DNA of 64,000 bases, taken from Octopus sinensis (Eukaryota). A program made the position numbers and the translations under genes. Positions within the stretch are counted from its first letter, which is position 1; every line of letters begins with the position of its first letter. The stretch lies in assembly GCF_006345805.1 (NCBI RefSeq), contig NC_043001.1:17360001-17424000 (forward strand), in the 5' to 3' direction. This document shows, piece by piece, positions 52,474 through 64,000 of this stretch. The notes beneath the pieces are model-generated. The model had not been told where the DNA came from and searched no databases. It saw nothing but the letters and a program-made list of their open reading frames with translations.

Positions 52474-52484
52474 TATTATTATTA

Positions 52485-52554
<70 letters not shown>

Positions 52555-52559
52555 TATTA

Positions 52560-52610
<51 letters not shown>
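52341..52610. repeat. (TTA)n/(CAT)n compound microsatellite
   Basis: Direct inspection. Confidence 0.95.
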
Positions 52611-52617
<7 letters not shown>

Positions 52618-53070
52618 AAATAAGATTGTATTTACATGGGGTGGAATTCATGTAAAATATGTGAAGTACCCATAAGTATGATCTTTTGTAATTCTGGGGC
52701 TGCTGGGAATTTTGGGGCTGCTGGGAATTTGGTCTACATAATCCTTTGCTCTTTTTCATATCACTCCATGTGCTCCAACAACAACAGATAATGTTGCTGC
52801 TCTGAGATGCGACATCCTTTTAATTTCTATATCCAAATCGTTATAATTTACCCCAATGATGTCTGGTAGATTGTCCTGAATTTGCCAATCAGTCTGAATA
52901 CTGAAATTCTAAAAGATAGAAACCTCGGGCTGTATGTGAGGTATAGTGACCAGTATCAACTGAACGACGACCCTGTCATGTCGCTGCAAGTACTCCTTCG
53001 ATGATAAAAAATGTTTTTGAGCTCCTAGCATAGAAGTTCTCTTGTAGGCTTTATTTGTTCACTGTTAGAC
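52611..53070 (-). mobile_element. R4/Dong-like RLE/C-terminal fragment whose 3' end runs into (TAA)n
   Basis: EYLQRHDRV, NFSIQTDWQIQDNLPDII, YNDLDIEIKRM, SVVVGAHGVI, PELQKIILMGTSHILHE. Confidence 0.8.
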
Positions 53071-53985
53071 CAACGGGAACTGATAAGAGTCCCTCTCAGA
53101 AGCATAGTAATTGTAATAATGAATTCGGGAATAAGAATAGGCGAGAAAAGTAGGTAATACTATATTCTTTTAATGCGGGAACTTGCGCCTTGGACAATCA
53201 AAACTGGGAAGCCTACCAAATGTAGATTTTGCAATAAAGGGTGGACCAGGATACCCTTTCGACGTACAAAATCACGCCCCGCAATTTTGCTGGGATATTT
53301 CCTCTTCTGATCTAACCACCGGGAAAAACGGAAGTGCCTCAACACCTTGCAACAGTGAGTTATTAATAAATTAATAAGTTCTGTATTTGAGGGTATACTT
53401 CACTGCTCTAAACTGCGCAATTTCTGTATAATTGAAAGATAACTATTTTGTACACTGCAGTTTTGAATATCCGTGTGAGAATTGGGTTAGTTTACATGCA
53501 ACTTATATCTGGTTACTGTTGGCAAGTGACTTAATATCTTTGTTACATGAGTGAATGGACGGACTTTGGGGGTCGAACGGTCGTTGACCTGACATATTGT
53601 TACCGACTCTAAATAAAACGAGCCAAGCCAACGTAGAAACGGCTAAGTGTATAATTTTGAGAAAACAAAATAACATTTTGCAACAATGATGTGAATGGGT
53701 ACAAAAACTTGTTTATGATATAAGAACAGGACAGGAAATTTTAAGTGGTGGGATTTGTCGACACTATCGACCCAGTACTTGCCGAACCTAAGAGGATGAA
53801 AGACAAAGCACACCTTGGCGGGATTTGAACTCAGAAGATAAAGTTTCGGAAGAAATACCTCAAGGCACTTTGCCCAATGCTCTAACAATTGTGCCGAATC
53901 GCTACCTTTGAATCAGTACGGGTAACAGAGCCACTTTATTTACGTGGTCATATGACCTGTAAAAGATCCCAGCAAAATCTCCCAT

Positions 53986-54326
53986 CGGGACCGCCTTCGG
54001 TCACGACACTGACCATGGGATTGCACCTAGAAGGTTACCCCCTTAGTCCCAAGTCTGGGCAATGTGGATTATGGAAGACCAGCAGTCGCCCATGCATACC
54101 GGCCTCCCCTCTCCACGCCACCAGTGTTATCCAAGGGAAAGGCAAAGGGGCCGATACAGCTTGGCACCCGTGACGTCGCAACTCATTTCTACAGCTGTGT
54201 GAACTGGAGCAACGTGGAATAAAGTGTCTTGCTCAAGAACACAACACGCAACCCGGTCCGGGATTCGAGCTCACAACCTCACGATCGTAAGCTCGACGCT
54301 CTAACCACTGAGCCATGCGCCTTCAC
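53986..54326 (-). mobile_element. SINE family E, full length (head H2 plus tail T4); a degraded B1 copy lies at 53735-53915
   Basis: Perfect 13-bp TSD caaaatctcccat at 53973 and 54327; A-box tggctcagtgg, B-box gctcgaatcc. Confidence 0.92.
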
Positions 54327-54888
54327 CAAAATCTCCCATACTATTGACTTAAATTGATAGTACACATTAGAAAATGTAATCTTAGGTGTATTGCGTCAGA
54401 GTATAATACGACATAATGACGGCTGGGATGCCTTGACTTTTGATATGCTCTATCAGGTTTAATCTGAATATAATGAAACAATATGAATTTGAATTCAGCA
54501 TTAGAACCCAATTTTTCTAGGTTCTACAATCGCCAGTTCTATAACAGAACCGTCATTGTTTATGCAGTTCAACTCTGATGGATTGAGATCTGATGAAGCA
54601 AAATCTATAAAGAGAAGCAAATAAACGGTGCTGGATTTAGGCTTTGTGAGCCTTTAAATTACATAAAACTTAGACGGCTCTTAAAACTATCACTCCAGAA
54701 GATCTGAAAAATACTGATAATGTATTTTTCTCTTGATTATTTTGAAATCTCTATACATTGTGTGTCTGTGTATACATAGTTAATAGCGACAAAAGAAGTA
54801 TTAATGATAAAAAGTAATCATGATCTCCATCTTAATGTGGAGGTTGTGTTAGAATAGAGAACACCGTGATATTTATCTTGAGATGATT

Positions 54889-56338
54889 TCTCATAAAGAC
54901 TCGTGGTGATTAAAGGCACACGTAATATCTCATAAGAACTCGTGGTGATTAAAGGCACACGTAATATCTCATAAGAACTCGTGGTGATTAAAGGCACACG
55001 TAATATCTCTTAAGGACTCGTAGTGATTAAAGGCACACGTAATATCTCATAAGGACTCGTGGTGATTAAAGGCACACGTAATATCTCATAAGGACTCGTA
55101 GTGATTAAAGGCACACGTAATATCTCATAAGGACTCGCGGTGATTAAAGGCACACGTAATATCTCATAAGGACTCGTGGTGATTAAAGGCACACGTAATA
55201 TCTCATAAGAACTCGTGGTGATTAAAGGCACACGTAATATCTCATAAGAACTCGTGGTGATTAAAGGCATACGTAATATCTCTTAAGGACTCGTAGTGAT
55301 TAAAGGCACACGTAATATCTCATAAGGACTCGTGGTGATTAAAGGCACACGTAATATCTCATAAGGACTCGTAGTGATTAAAGGCACACGTAATATCTCA
55401 TAAGGACTCGCGGTGATTAAAGGCACACGTAATATCTCATAAGAACTCGTGGTGATTAAAGGCACACGTAATATCTCATAAGAATTCGTGGTGATTAAAG
55501 GCACACGTAATATCTCTTAAGGACTCGTAGTGATTAAAGGCACACGTAATATCTCATAAGGACTCGTAGTGATTAAAGGCACACGTAATATCTCATAAGG
55601 ACTCGTAGTGATTAAAGGCACACGTAATATCTCATAAGGACTCGTGGTGATTAAAGGCACACGTAATATCTCATAAGAACTCGTGGTGATTAAAGGCACA
55701 CGTAATATCTCTTAAGGACTCGTAGTGATTAAAGGCACACGTAATATCTCATAAGGACTCGTGGTGATTAAAGGCACACGTAATATCTCATAAGGACTCG
55801 TGGTGATTAAAGGCACACGTAATATCTCATAAGAACTCGCGGTGATTAAAGGCACACGTAATATCTCATAAGGACTCGTGGTGATTAAAGGCACACGTAA
55901 TATCTCTTAAGGACTCGTAGTGATTAAAGGCACACGTAATATCTCATAAGGACTCGCGGTGATTAAAGGCACACGTAATATCTCATAAGAACTCGTGGTG
56001 ATTAAAGGCACACGTAATATCTCTTAAGGACTCGTAGTGATTAAAGGCACACGTAATATCTCATAAGGACTCGCGGTGATTAAAGGCACACGTAATATCT
56101 CATAAGAACTCGTGGTGATTAAAGGCACACGTAATATCTCATAAGGACTCGCGGTGATTAAAGGCACACGTAATATCTCATAAGGACTCGCGGTGATTAA
56201 AGGCACACGTAATATCTCATAAGGACTCGTGGTGATTAAAGGCACACGTAATATCTCATAAGGTCTCGCGGTGATTAAAGGCACACGAAATATCTCATAA
56301 GGTCTCGTGGTGATTAAAGGCACACGTAATATCTCATA
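54889..56338. repeat. 39-bp minisatellite, about 37 copies
   Basis: Unit taatatctcataaggactcgtggtgattaaaggcacacg with few variable sites and no spacers. Confidence 0.97.
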
Positions 56339-56934
56339 TGGCCACCAGAACTGCCAGATCACATGCATATTTCATAGATATATGTCTGTATGTATAAATA
56401 TATATACAAATGCACACGCGTTTTACTGATGCATTCGCTGTGCTTGTTTTTGATGTTATGATCTACAAAATGAATCTATCAATTAAGCCAATAAAACAAG
56501 TGTAAATTAATCAAAATGAATTAAATAAGCTAGACAGTCGTAAAAGACTAGATTTCTTTTAGCACAATCTCCCTGTGGATGTAATACATGGATCAGATGG
56601 AGCATTTTAAATTTCAGCTGAATTAGTATCAATAACTGCGTAACGTCATAAACTGTCCACAGTAGTATTGTATTTATCAACACTATTATTTAAGGACTTC
56701 ATGAAAACGGATAAAGTGATTTGCATATATGACGCATTTCTATAGCAACTAGTCCGATTATTATACTGATGTATTAGCAGAGTTCGTTCCTTTCATTCCG
56801 TGTGCTACAAAACAATCCTATAGCTATCTGTGTATCATACATAAAGGTTTTGCACCACGAAAGGCAAATTTTATACGGCATTCGACTTGAGATAATAACT
56901 TTTACGAATGCGCTGTATTCAAAAGCACAGCACA

Positions 56935-56968
<34 letters not shown>

Positions 56969-57168
56969 AATGTTTGTTTTTTTTATGTTCAGTTATAATA
57001 AAAACAATTTTACATTAATCTAATGGCTTACTCGATAGTTTCGTAGAGTATAATTTTATTATTCTTAAACAAGACTATTGTTGACACTGACTTCGAAGTG
57101 TCAATGTATCGCAGTCCGACGATAGCTTAGCTGGTCGAACCTTCGAAGTCACTATCTGTCATGGGGAT

Positions 57169-57259
<91 letters not shown>

Positions 57260-57499
57260 GAACACCCCTAAAATGTGATGTGTGGTATGTGTTAGTCATT
57301 ACAAATACTGTGACGTAGGAAGTCGAGTGGTCGAGAAGTCGGCGAAGTTTTAAAGCTAGTTTTATAGAGTGTTATTCATTAATATTTTCACGCATTGATT
57401 TGTGTAAGTTCAACTCTGTAAAATGTTAGAGAAAGAAACCTAAATGTTTCTTGCAATACATATCAATACATACATTTAATGCAAAATTTTCAGCAGCAA

Positions 57500-57594
57500 C
57501 GGCGGTACATATTCTAAAATTGGAACGATACAGAGAAGACTAGCATGGCCCCTACGCAAGGATGACATGCAAATTCGTGAAGTGTTCCATGTTT
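57500..57594 (+). pseudogene. U6: U6 snRNA retropseudogene (lacks ~10 5' nt; several substitutions including CpG decay), fused to a SINE A head
   Basis: cggcggtacatattctaaaattggaacgatacagagaagactagcatggcccctacgcaaggatgacatgcaaattcgtgaagtgttccatgttt aligns to canonical U6 including the ACAGAGA box and AGC triad. Confidence 0.95.
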
Positions 57595-57595
57595 C

Positions 57596-57781
57596 TAGGC
57601 GCAGAAGTGGCTGTGTGGTAAGTAGCTTGGTTACCAACCACATGGTTCTGGGTTCAGTCCCACTGCGTGGCACTTTCAGCAAGTGTCTTCTACTATAGCC
57701 TCGGGCCGACCAAAGCCTTGTACGTGGATTTTTTAGCTGGAAACTGAAAGAAGCCCGTCGTATATATGTATGTGTGTGCGC

Positions 57782-57828
<47 letters not shown>

Positions 57829-58032
57829 TGTGTCCTCCGTTTGTCCCCCAACATCGCTTGACAACCGATGCTGGTGTGTTTACGTCCCCGTAACTTAGCG
57901 GTTCGGCAAAAGAGAACCGATAGAATAAGCACTAGGCTTACAAAGAATAAGTCCTGTAGTCGATTTGCTCGACTAAAGGCGGTGCTCCAGCATGGCTGCA
58001 GTCAAATGACTGAAACAAGTAAAAGAGTAAAG
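57596..58032 (+). mobile_element. SINE family A, full length, directly downstream of U6
   Basis: taggcgcagaagtggctgtgtggtaag head to gtaaaagagtaaag tail. Confidence 0.92.
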
Positions 58033-58456
58033 CCCTTAAAATACTCTTATAGATCCCCCAATTTACTATTTTGTTGCCTGAGCCCTCAAAAATCATATAT
58101 ATACCTTCATGGGCCGTGTGGCTCCCTGTTTTATATACGCTTATTATACCCCTGTTTAGCACTCTACCAGCTCGTGTTTGTCTGAATTCATGCCTAGCGT
58201 TTAGAAGATTTATACGTCGATACTGATATCGACAGACACAATAACACTGTGTCATGTAATTGTGTCAATGCCCAGAAGTATTGCGATATATTTGATATTT
58301 TAGATTATACAATTCTATCATGAAATCAAACACAAAGAGAATATAAAACTTTGTTTGTTATTTAAATGGTTATCTCAACTGGTTCTCGATGTAGTTTATG
58401 TCAAGTTTATGTCAGTTTTTAGATACGATGAGATCAAATGACGCACATATAGAAAC

Positions 58457-58528
<72 letters not shown>

Positions 58529-58655
58529 TACATATATACATATATATATATATAATATATATATATATATACACATATATACATATATACATATATATAT
58601 ATATTATATATATATATATATATATACACATATATACATATACATATATATATAT

Positions 58656-58693
<38 letters not shown>

Positions 58694-58953
58694 CACGTAC
58701 ATACACATACATACATGCATACATACATATACATATCTGGATACATACCCACACACGTGCGTATATTAATATCAAAATACGTGTTTATATGTATGTAAGT
58801 GTGTATGTATGTGTTTACGGTAAAGAAGCTTGCTTTGTAATCACACAGTTTTCGCTTCCTACTGGGTGGCACCTTGGGTGTGTGCTTACTACTATAGCAT
58901 TGCCTTGTCACTAAATTTGTTAGACGGAAACTGCACGGAAGCTTGCCATATAT

Positions 58954-59009
<56 letters not shown>

Positions 59010-59436
59010 TTCATGCTGATACGTATGTACGTATGTATGTACGTATGTATGTATGTACGTACGTATGTATGTACGTACGTATGCATGTATATATAAGTAT
59101 GTGTATACACACACTTGTTGAAATTTATGTATTTGTAATCGTGTAGCATTTTCTCCGTTTTCTGGGGGTTCTTTTGTCCGTATTGTTGCACGTATTTGCT
59201 CGCGTTCTTCCAAACATTTACTGCCTTTAGTTTAAAATTTTGAGGCCAAGCAATTTTAACAGTCTCAAGTGTAACAGGCGGAAACTGTAATGATGGTTGG
59301 AAACTTGACTGATGAATAGAAAACCACGAATGCCCGTCCTGGTTTTCCTGTCTGTCTTTGTATCGTCTATCTGTCCGTATGTTTTTATTGTTGTCCGTTA
59401 CGTTCTTGTTCCATTTTGGGGATTTATACACACACA

Positions 59437-60488
59437 TGTGTGTGTGTGTGTGTGTGTGTGTTTGTGTGTTCGAATAAAATAAGATATTTTCGAATAAAAT
59501 ATTCTAATTTATTCGAAAATATCAGCCAAAACTGACCAAAAAATAATACCACAACCACCAGAACTACCATCTCAGCAATCCACAGAAAGACACCAACCAA
59601 ACACTGCCTGAATAAAGAAAAGTATATTTGAATTGAATTGAATCGAACTAGTTTCAGCTCACTAAACTGTGACCATGCTGGGGCAACACCATTTCATTTT
59701 ACGACATACACATTTTTTACTTTGCCAAATAAGTTTTTTAGAACTTGACATTCGATGTATGAGAGAATCTGACACCGCTGCTTTCTCTTTCACTTCTTGC
59801 TGTGAAGCTAAATTCATCTGAGACCCTTGAGAGTAAGAGATCTAATCCTGTTTTTTGATGACGTTTATATCCACCTGATATGAGTATACACTCCCCCGGT
59901 TGTGGAGGCACATGGCCTAGTGGTTAGAGCAGTGGACTCGAGGTCGAGGGCTCGCGTGTTCGAATCTCAGATTGGGCGATGTGTGCGGCTCCGGCAGAAG
60001 GTAATGGTGAACTTCTGCTGACTCTTTCGCCACAACTTTCTCTCACTCTTTCTTCCTGCATCTTGCAGCTCACCTGCGACGAACCGGCGTCCCGTCCAGG
60101 TGGGGAACCTATACGCCAAGGAAACCGGGAAACCCTATGAACCAGGCGTGGCTGGAGAAGGAACAAACAAACAACAACAGTATACACTCCTTTTTGTACT
60201 ATTTTATGTACGCATGTGCATATATGTTTAGAAATATCTATGGCCGTGTGTATATATGCATAAATGTGTGTCCAGGTATGTATGTATATTTACATAAAAA
60301 TATAGGGATATATGTTTGTATGGATGTACACTCTTATGTGTGTATGTGTGAACACATATGCATGTGTACATGCGTATATATAAGTGTGTATATGTGTGAG
60401 TGTATGTATATATATATGTGTGTGTGTGTACATATATGTATATATATGTGTCTATGTATATATATGTGTGTGTATATATATGCATGTG

Positions 60489-60520
<32 letters not shown>

Positions 60521-60783
60521 GGTGTGTGTGAATATATATATGTATGTGTTCCCATGGATATTTATGTATATATTTAGACATGGAGACGTGTATGCATGTG
60601 AATATATATGTGCCTGTGTGGGGTGTATGTGCGAATGTATACGTGTATATCTGTGTACGTAGACGCAGGTGTGCAAATGTGTGCAGGTGTGTGGGTGTGT
60701 AGGCGTGTATGGATGAGTCTGTGTATTTGTGTGTGTATAGATGTAGGAGTACGTGTATGTATGTATATATGCATGTGTGTGTT

Positions 60784-60819
<36 letters not shown>

Positions 60820-61840
60820 TGTGTTCGAATAAAATAAGATATTTTCGAATAAAATATTCTAATTTATTCGAAAATATCAGCCAAAACTGACCAAAAAATA
60901 ATACCACAACCACCAGAACTACCATCTCAGCAATCCACAGAAAGACACCAACCAAACACTGCCTGAAAAAGAAAAGTATATTTGAATTGAATTGAATCGA
61001 ACTAGTTTCAGCTCACTAAACTGTGACCATGCTGGGGCAACACCATTTCATTTTACGACATACACATTTTTTACTTTGCCAAATAAGTTTTTTAGAACTT
61101 GACATTCGATGTATGAGAGAATCTGACACCGCTGCTTTCTCTTTCACTTCTTGCTGTGAAGCTAAATTCATCTGAGACCCTTGAGAGTAAGAGATCTAAT
61201 CCTGTTTTTTGATGACGTTTATATCCACCTGATATGAGTATACACTCCCCCGGTTGTGGAGGCACATGGCCTAGTGGTTAGAGCAGTGGACTCGAGGTCG
61301 AGGGCTCGCGTGTTCGAATCTCAGATTGGGCGATGTGTGCGGCTCCGGCAGAAGGTAATGGTGAACTTCTGCTGACTCTTTCGCCACAACTTTCTCTCAC
61401 TCTTTCTTCCTGCATCTTGCAGCTCACCTGCGACGAACCGGCGTCCCGTCCAGGTGGGGAACCTATACGCCAAGGAAACCGGGAAACCCTATGAACCAGG
61501 CGTGGCTGGAGAAGGAACAAACAAACAACAACAGTATACACTCCTTTTTGTACTATTTTATGTACGCATGTGCATATATGTTTAGAAATATCTATGGCCG
61601 TGTGTATATATGCATAAATGTGTGTCCAGGTATGTATGTATATTTACATAAAAATATAGGGATATATGTTTGTATGGATGTACACTCTTATGTGTGTATG
61701 TGTGAACACATATGCATGTGTACATGCGTATATATAAGTGTGTATATGTGTGAGTGTATGTATATATATGTGTGTGTGTGTACATATATGTATATATATG
61801 TGTCTATGTATATATATGTGTGTGTATATATATGCATGTG

Positions 61841-61874
<34 letters not shown>

Positions 61875-62139
61875 GGTGTGTGTGAATATATATATGTATG
61901 TGTTCCCATGGATATTTATGTATATATTTAGACATGGAGACGTGTATGCATGTGAATATATATGTGCCTGTGTGGGGTGTATGTGCGAATGTATACGTGT
62001 ATATCTGTGTACGTAGACGCAGGTGTGCAAATGTGTGCAGGTGTGTGGGTGTGTAGGCGTGTATGGATGAGTCTGTGTATTTGTGTGTGTATAGATGTAG
62101 GAGTACGTGTATGTATGTATATATGCATGTGTGTGTTCA

Positions 62140-62160
<21 letters not shown>
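59437..62160. repeat. Near-perfect tandem duplication, unit 1354 bp, joined within (TG)n; each unit holds a SINE F (59900-60178, 61254-61532) and a short CR1-type tail remnant
   Basis: Identical ORFs offset by 1354 (59924/61278; 60137/61491); differences only in microsatellite length or single bases. Confidence 0.95.
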
Positions 62161-62170
<10 letters not shown>

Positions 62171-62768
62171 TTGTGACCAAATAAGAGCACACGATACACA
62201 CTGTGAAAAATAAATAAAATGACCTCAAATCACAAAATTCACAAAGGTAATCTTTTGACACGAACTCAACAAAATTTTTATGACCACTCCCCCAAAATAT
62301 TCTATTTCTTTATTCTTGAGATCCTAATCTCTTCTCACTACCATTTTCAACTACGTTTTATCTTTTTATCTTCCACCCGTTTTCCTTTCCTTTCTTTCCT
62401 TAATTTTTTTTCATTTTTACCTTTTTCTTCCTTTCTTCTACTATTTTCACACATACTGTTTTTATCTACCTTTTGTATTCTTTTATTACTTTTATATTTT
62501 TTATATTAGTTTTTATATTCTTTATTATTAAAAAAAATTTTTTTCTGTCTTTTATTTCCTATTTTTGCTTTTTTATTTTCATGGAAATCTCTGGCTACAC
62601 AAAAAACCTTCTAAAACACAAAATTTCAATTTGAAAACAGGTATCGAAAGGGTCAAAACACATTAGAATAACCGGAAACATTATCATTAGAATAAAAAAT
62701 TATCCCCCCAAAAGCCACCTCTAATCATTCACATACACACACACACACACATATATATATATACATAC

Positions 62769-62834
<66 letters not shown>

Positions 62835-63772
62835 GCATGCATACATATGCATGTATGGGTGCAGGACGTCACCAACAGTAAACAACATGAAATATGAAAA
62901 CAAATGAGTTCAATGCGCAAACAACGAGAGAAGCAAATGGAAAACAGGACAAATAACACAAAGAACGACCTTTAATCAGTTGCCGGCTGTCTATCTACTC
63001 CTCATTTCGAGCATTCAACAATATGATTCTTCGAAGACACTTGGTCCATTACTTCCAAAATAAATTTTGGTTTTATGGAGGGTCAAACTTGGGAACAAAA
63101 ACAGGAGACATAAACGGAAACCGAACGAAAGCAAACATGTAGGGTCGTTAGACTAGAAGGTGGGTAAAATAGTGAAAGCTGGAAGAAATAGAGAAAAGAT
63201 AGAAGAGAGGACTTCCAGTCTTTAGAACGTCGTGCAGGAAAAGAAAGGTGGACGATGGTCATGAGTGAGCAACGAGAGAATGAAAAGGAGACAGAGAGAG
63301 AGAAGGAAAGAGAGAGAAAACGGTGAAGGGGAGAAAGGGGAATTAGAGAAGGATGGGAGAGAAAACAGTATAGAGTAGAGTCGCATCAAAAATGTTAAAA
63401 TAAACTAACTTGGAAACGGATGCGCGGCATTCAATTAAATAATAATATGGATAATATATATATATACAAAATGGGAGAAGAACGCAAAAGCATCCGGACA
63501 ACTAGGTGTTACAAAAAGGGACAACAAAACATCCAGATAGACGATACAAAGGAAACAAGGACGGGTGATTCGGAGTTTTCTTTCCTCAGGCAAATACCAG
63601 ATTTTCCTCGCAATTTCGGTTGATTATTCTTGAGATTGCTCCAATCTGGCCAGCCCCAAGGAAAAACTAAGCTAAGAGCATTAGATTCTTTGGAAGAAAG
63701 CAGCAAATGTATACAAAAACAAGGACGGAAAAAACGGACGTTACACAAATATAAAAACAATAATATATATAA

Positions 63773-63848
<76 letters not shown>

Positions 63849-64000
63849 CGCGCACGAGGCCGTGTGATTCGAATGAGTAACCAAAGGCGACGATTTTGAT
63901 ATGAGTGAATATCAGCTACCATGTCCTTAGAAAAAAGCTACGATGAGGATATACTTCTAAAGCCAACGAGGAAGCCTCTATTTAATTGCTTGGTCTGCTA

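Noticed and set aside
53150-53350. Promoter call from ETS-like cggaagtg and GC-box-like gccccgc
   Set aside because: Short motifs expected by chance and no adjacent exon identified; kept only as context in the 20-mer finding
54889-56338. 39-bp array as a CRISPR array or a repeat protein gene
   Set aside because: Units are contiguous with no unique spacers and there are no cas genes; the reading frame is broken by recurrent TAA stops and has no splice or start context
57500-57594. Functional U6 gene
   Set aside because: The 5' stem-loop is missing, there are substitutions including CpG decay, the terminator is disrupted, and no upstream promoter is recognisable

Overview
Repeat-saturated, AT-rich animal genomic DNA. 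It is most consistent with an octopus (coleoid cephalopod) intron or intergenic region; this is inferred from the SINE/LINE repertoire and microsatellite density, not from a search. I find no intact protein-coding gene, and almost all listed ORFs are microsatellite artefacts. Contents: about 45 tRNA-headed SINE copies built from shuffled heads and tails (my labels A-H); decayed LINEs (CR1/L2-like, RTE, five RLE-type R4/Dong-like pieces, Penelope-like RT and termini with hammerhead-ribozyme cores); Tc1/mariner relics including a DD41D element; pogo-like and 8-bp-TSD MITEs; Helitrons; a probable Chapaev3 remnant; a U6 snRNA pseudogene fused to a SINE head; several long fold-back palindromes; a 39-bp minisatellite with higher-order structure; two recent tandem duplications; and one 100-N gap. 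Best leads: the U6-SINE chimera, the co-oriented pile-up of R4/Dong-like ends in (TAA)n tracts, a SINE/LINE 3' stem-loop with compensatory changes, combinatorial SINE head/tail exchange, and a tRNA-head plus hammerhead element. Most coordinates were read by eye and are approximate to about 10-20 bp unless TSDs or TIRs are quoted.
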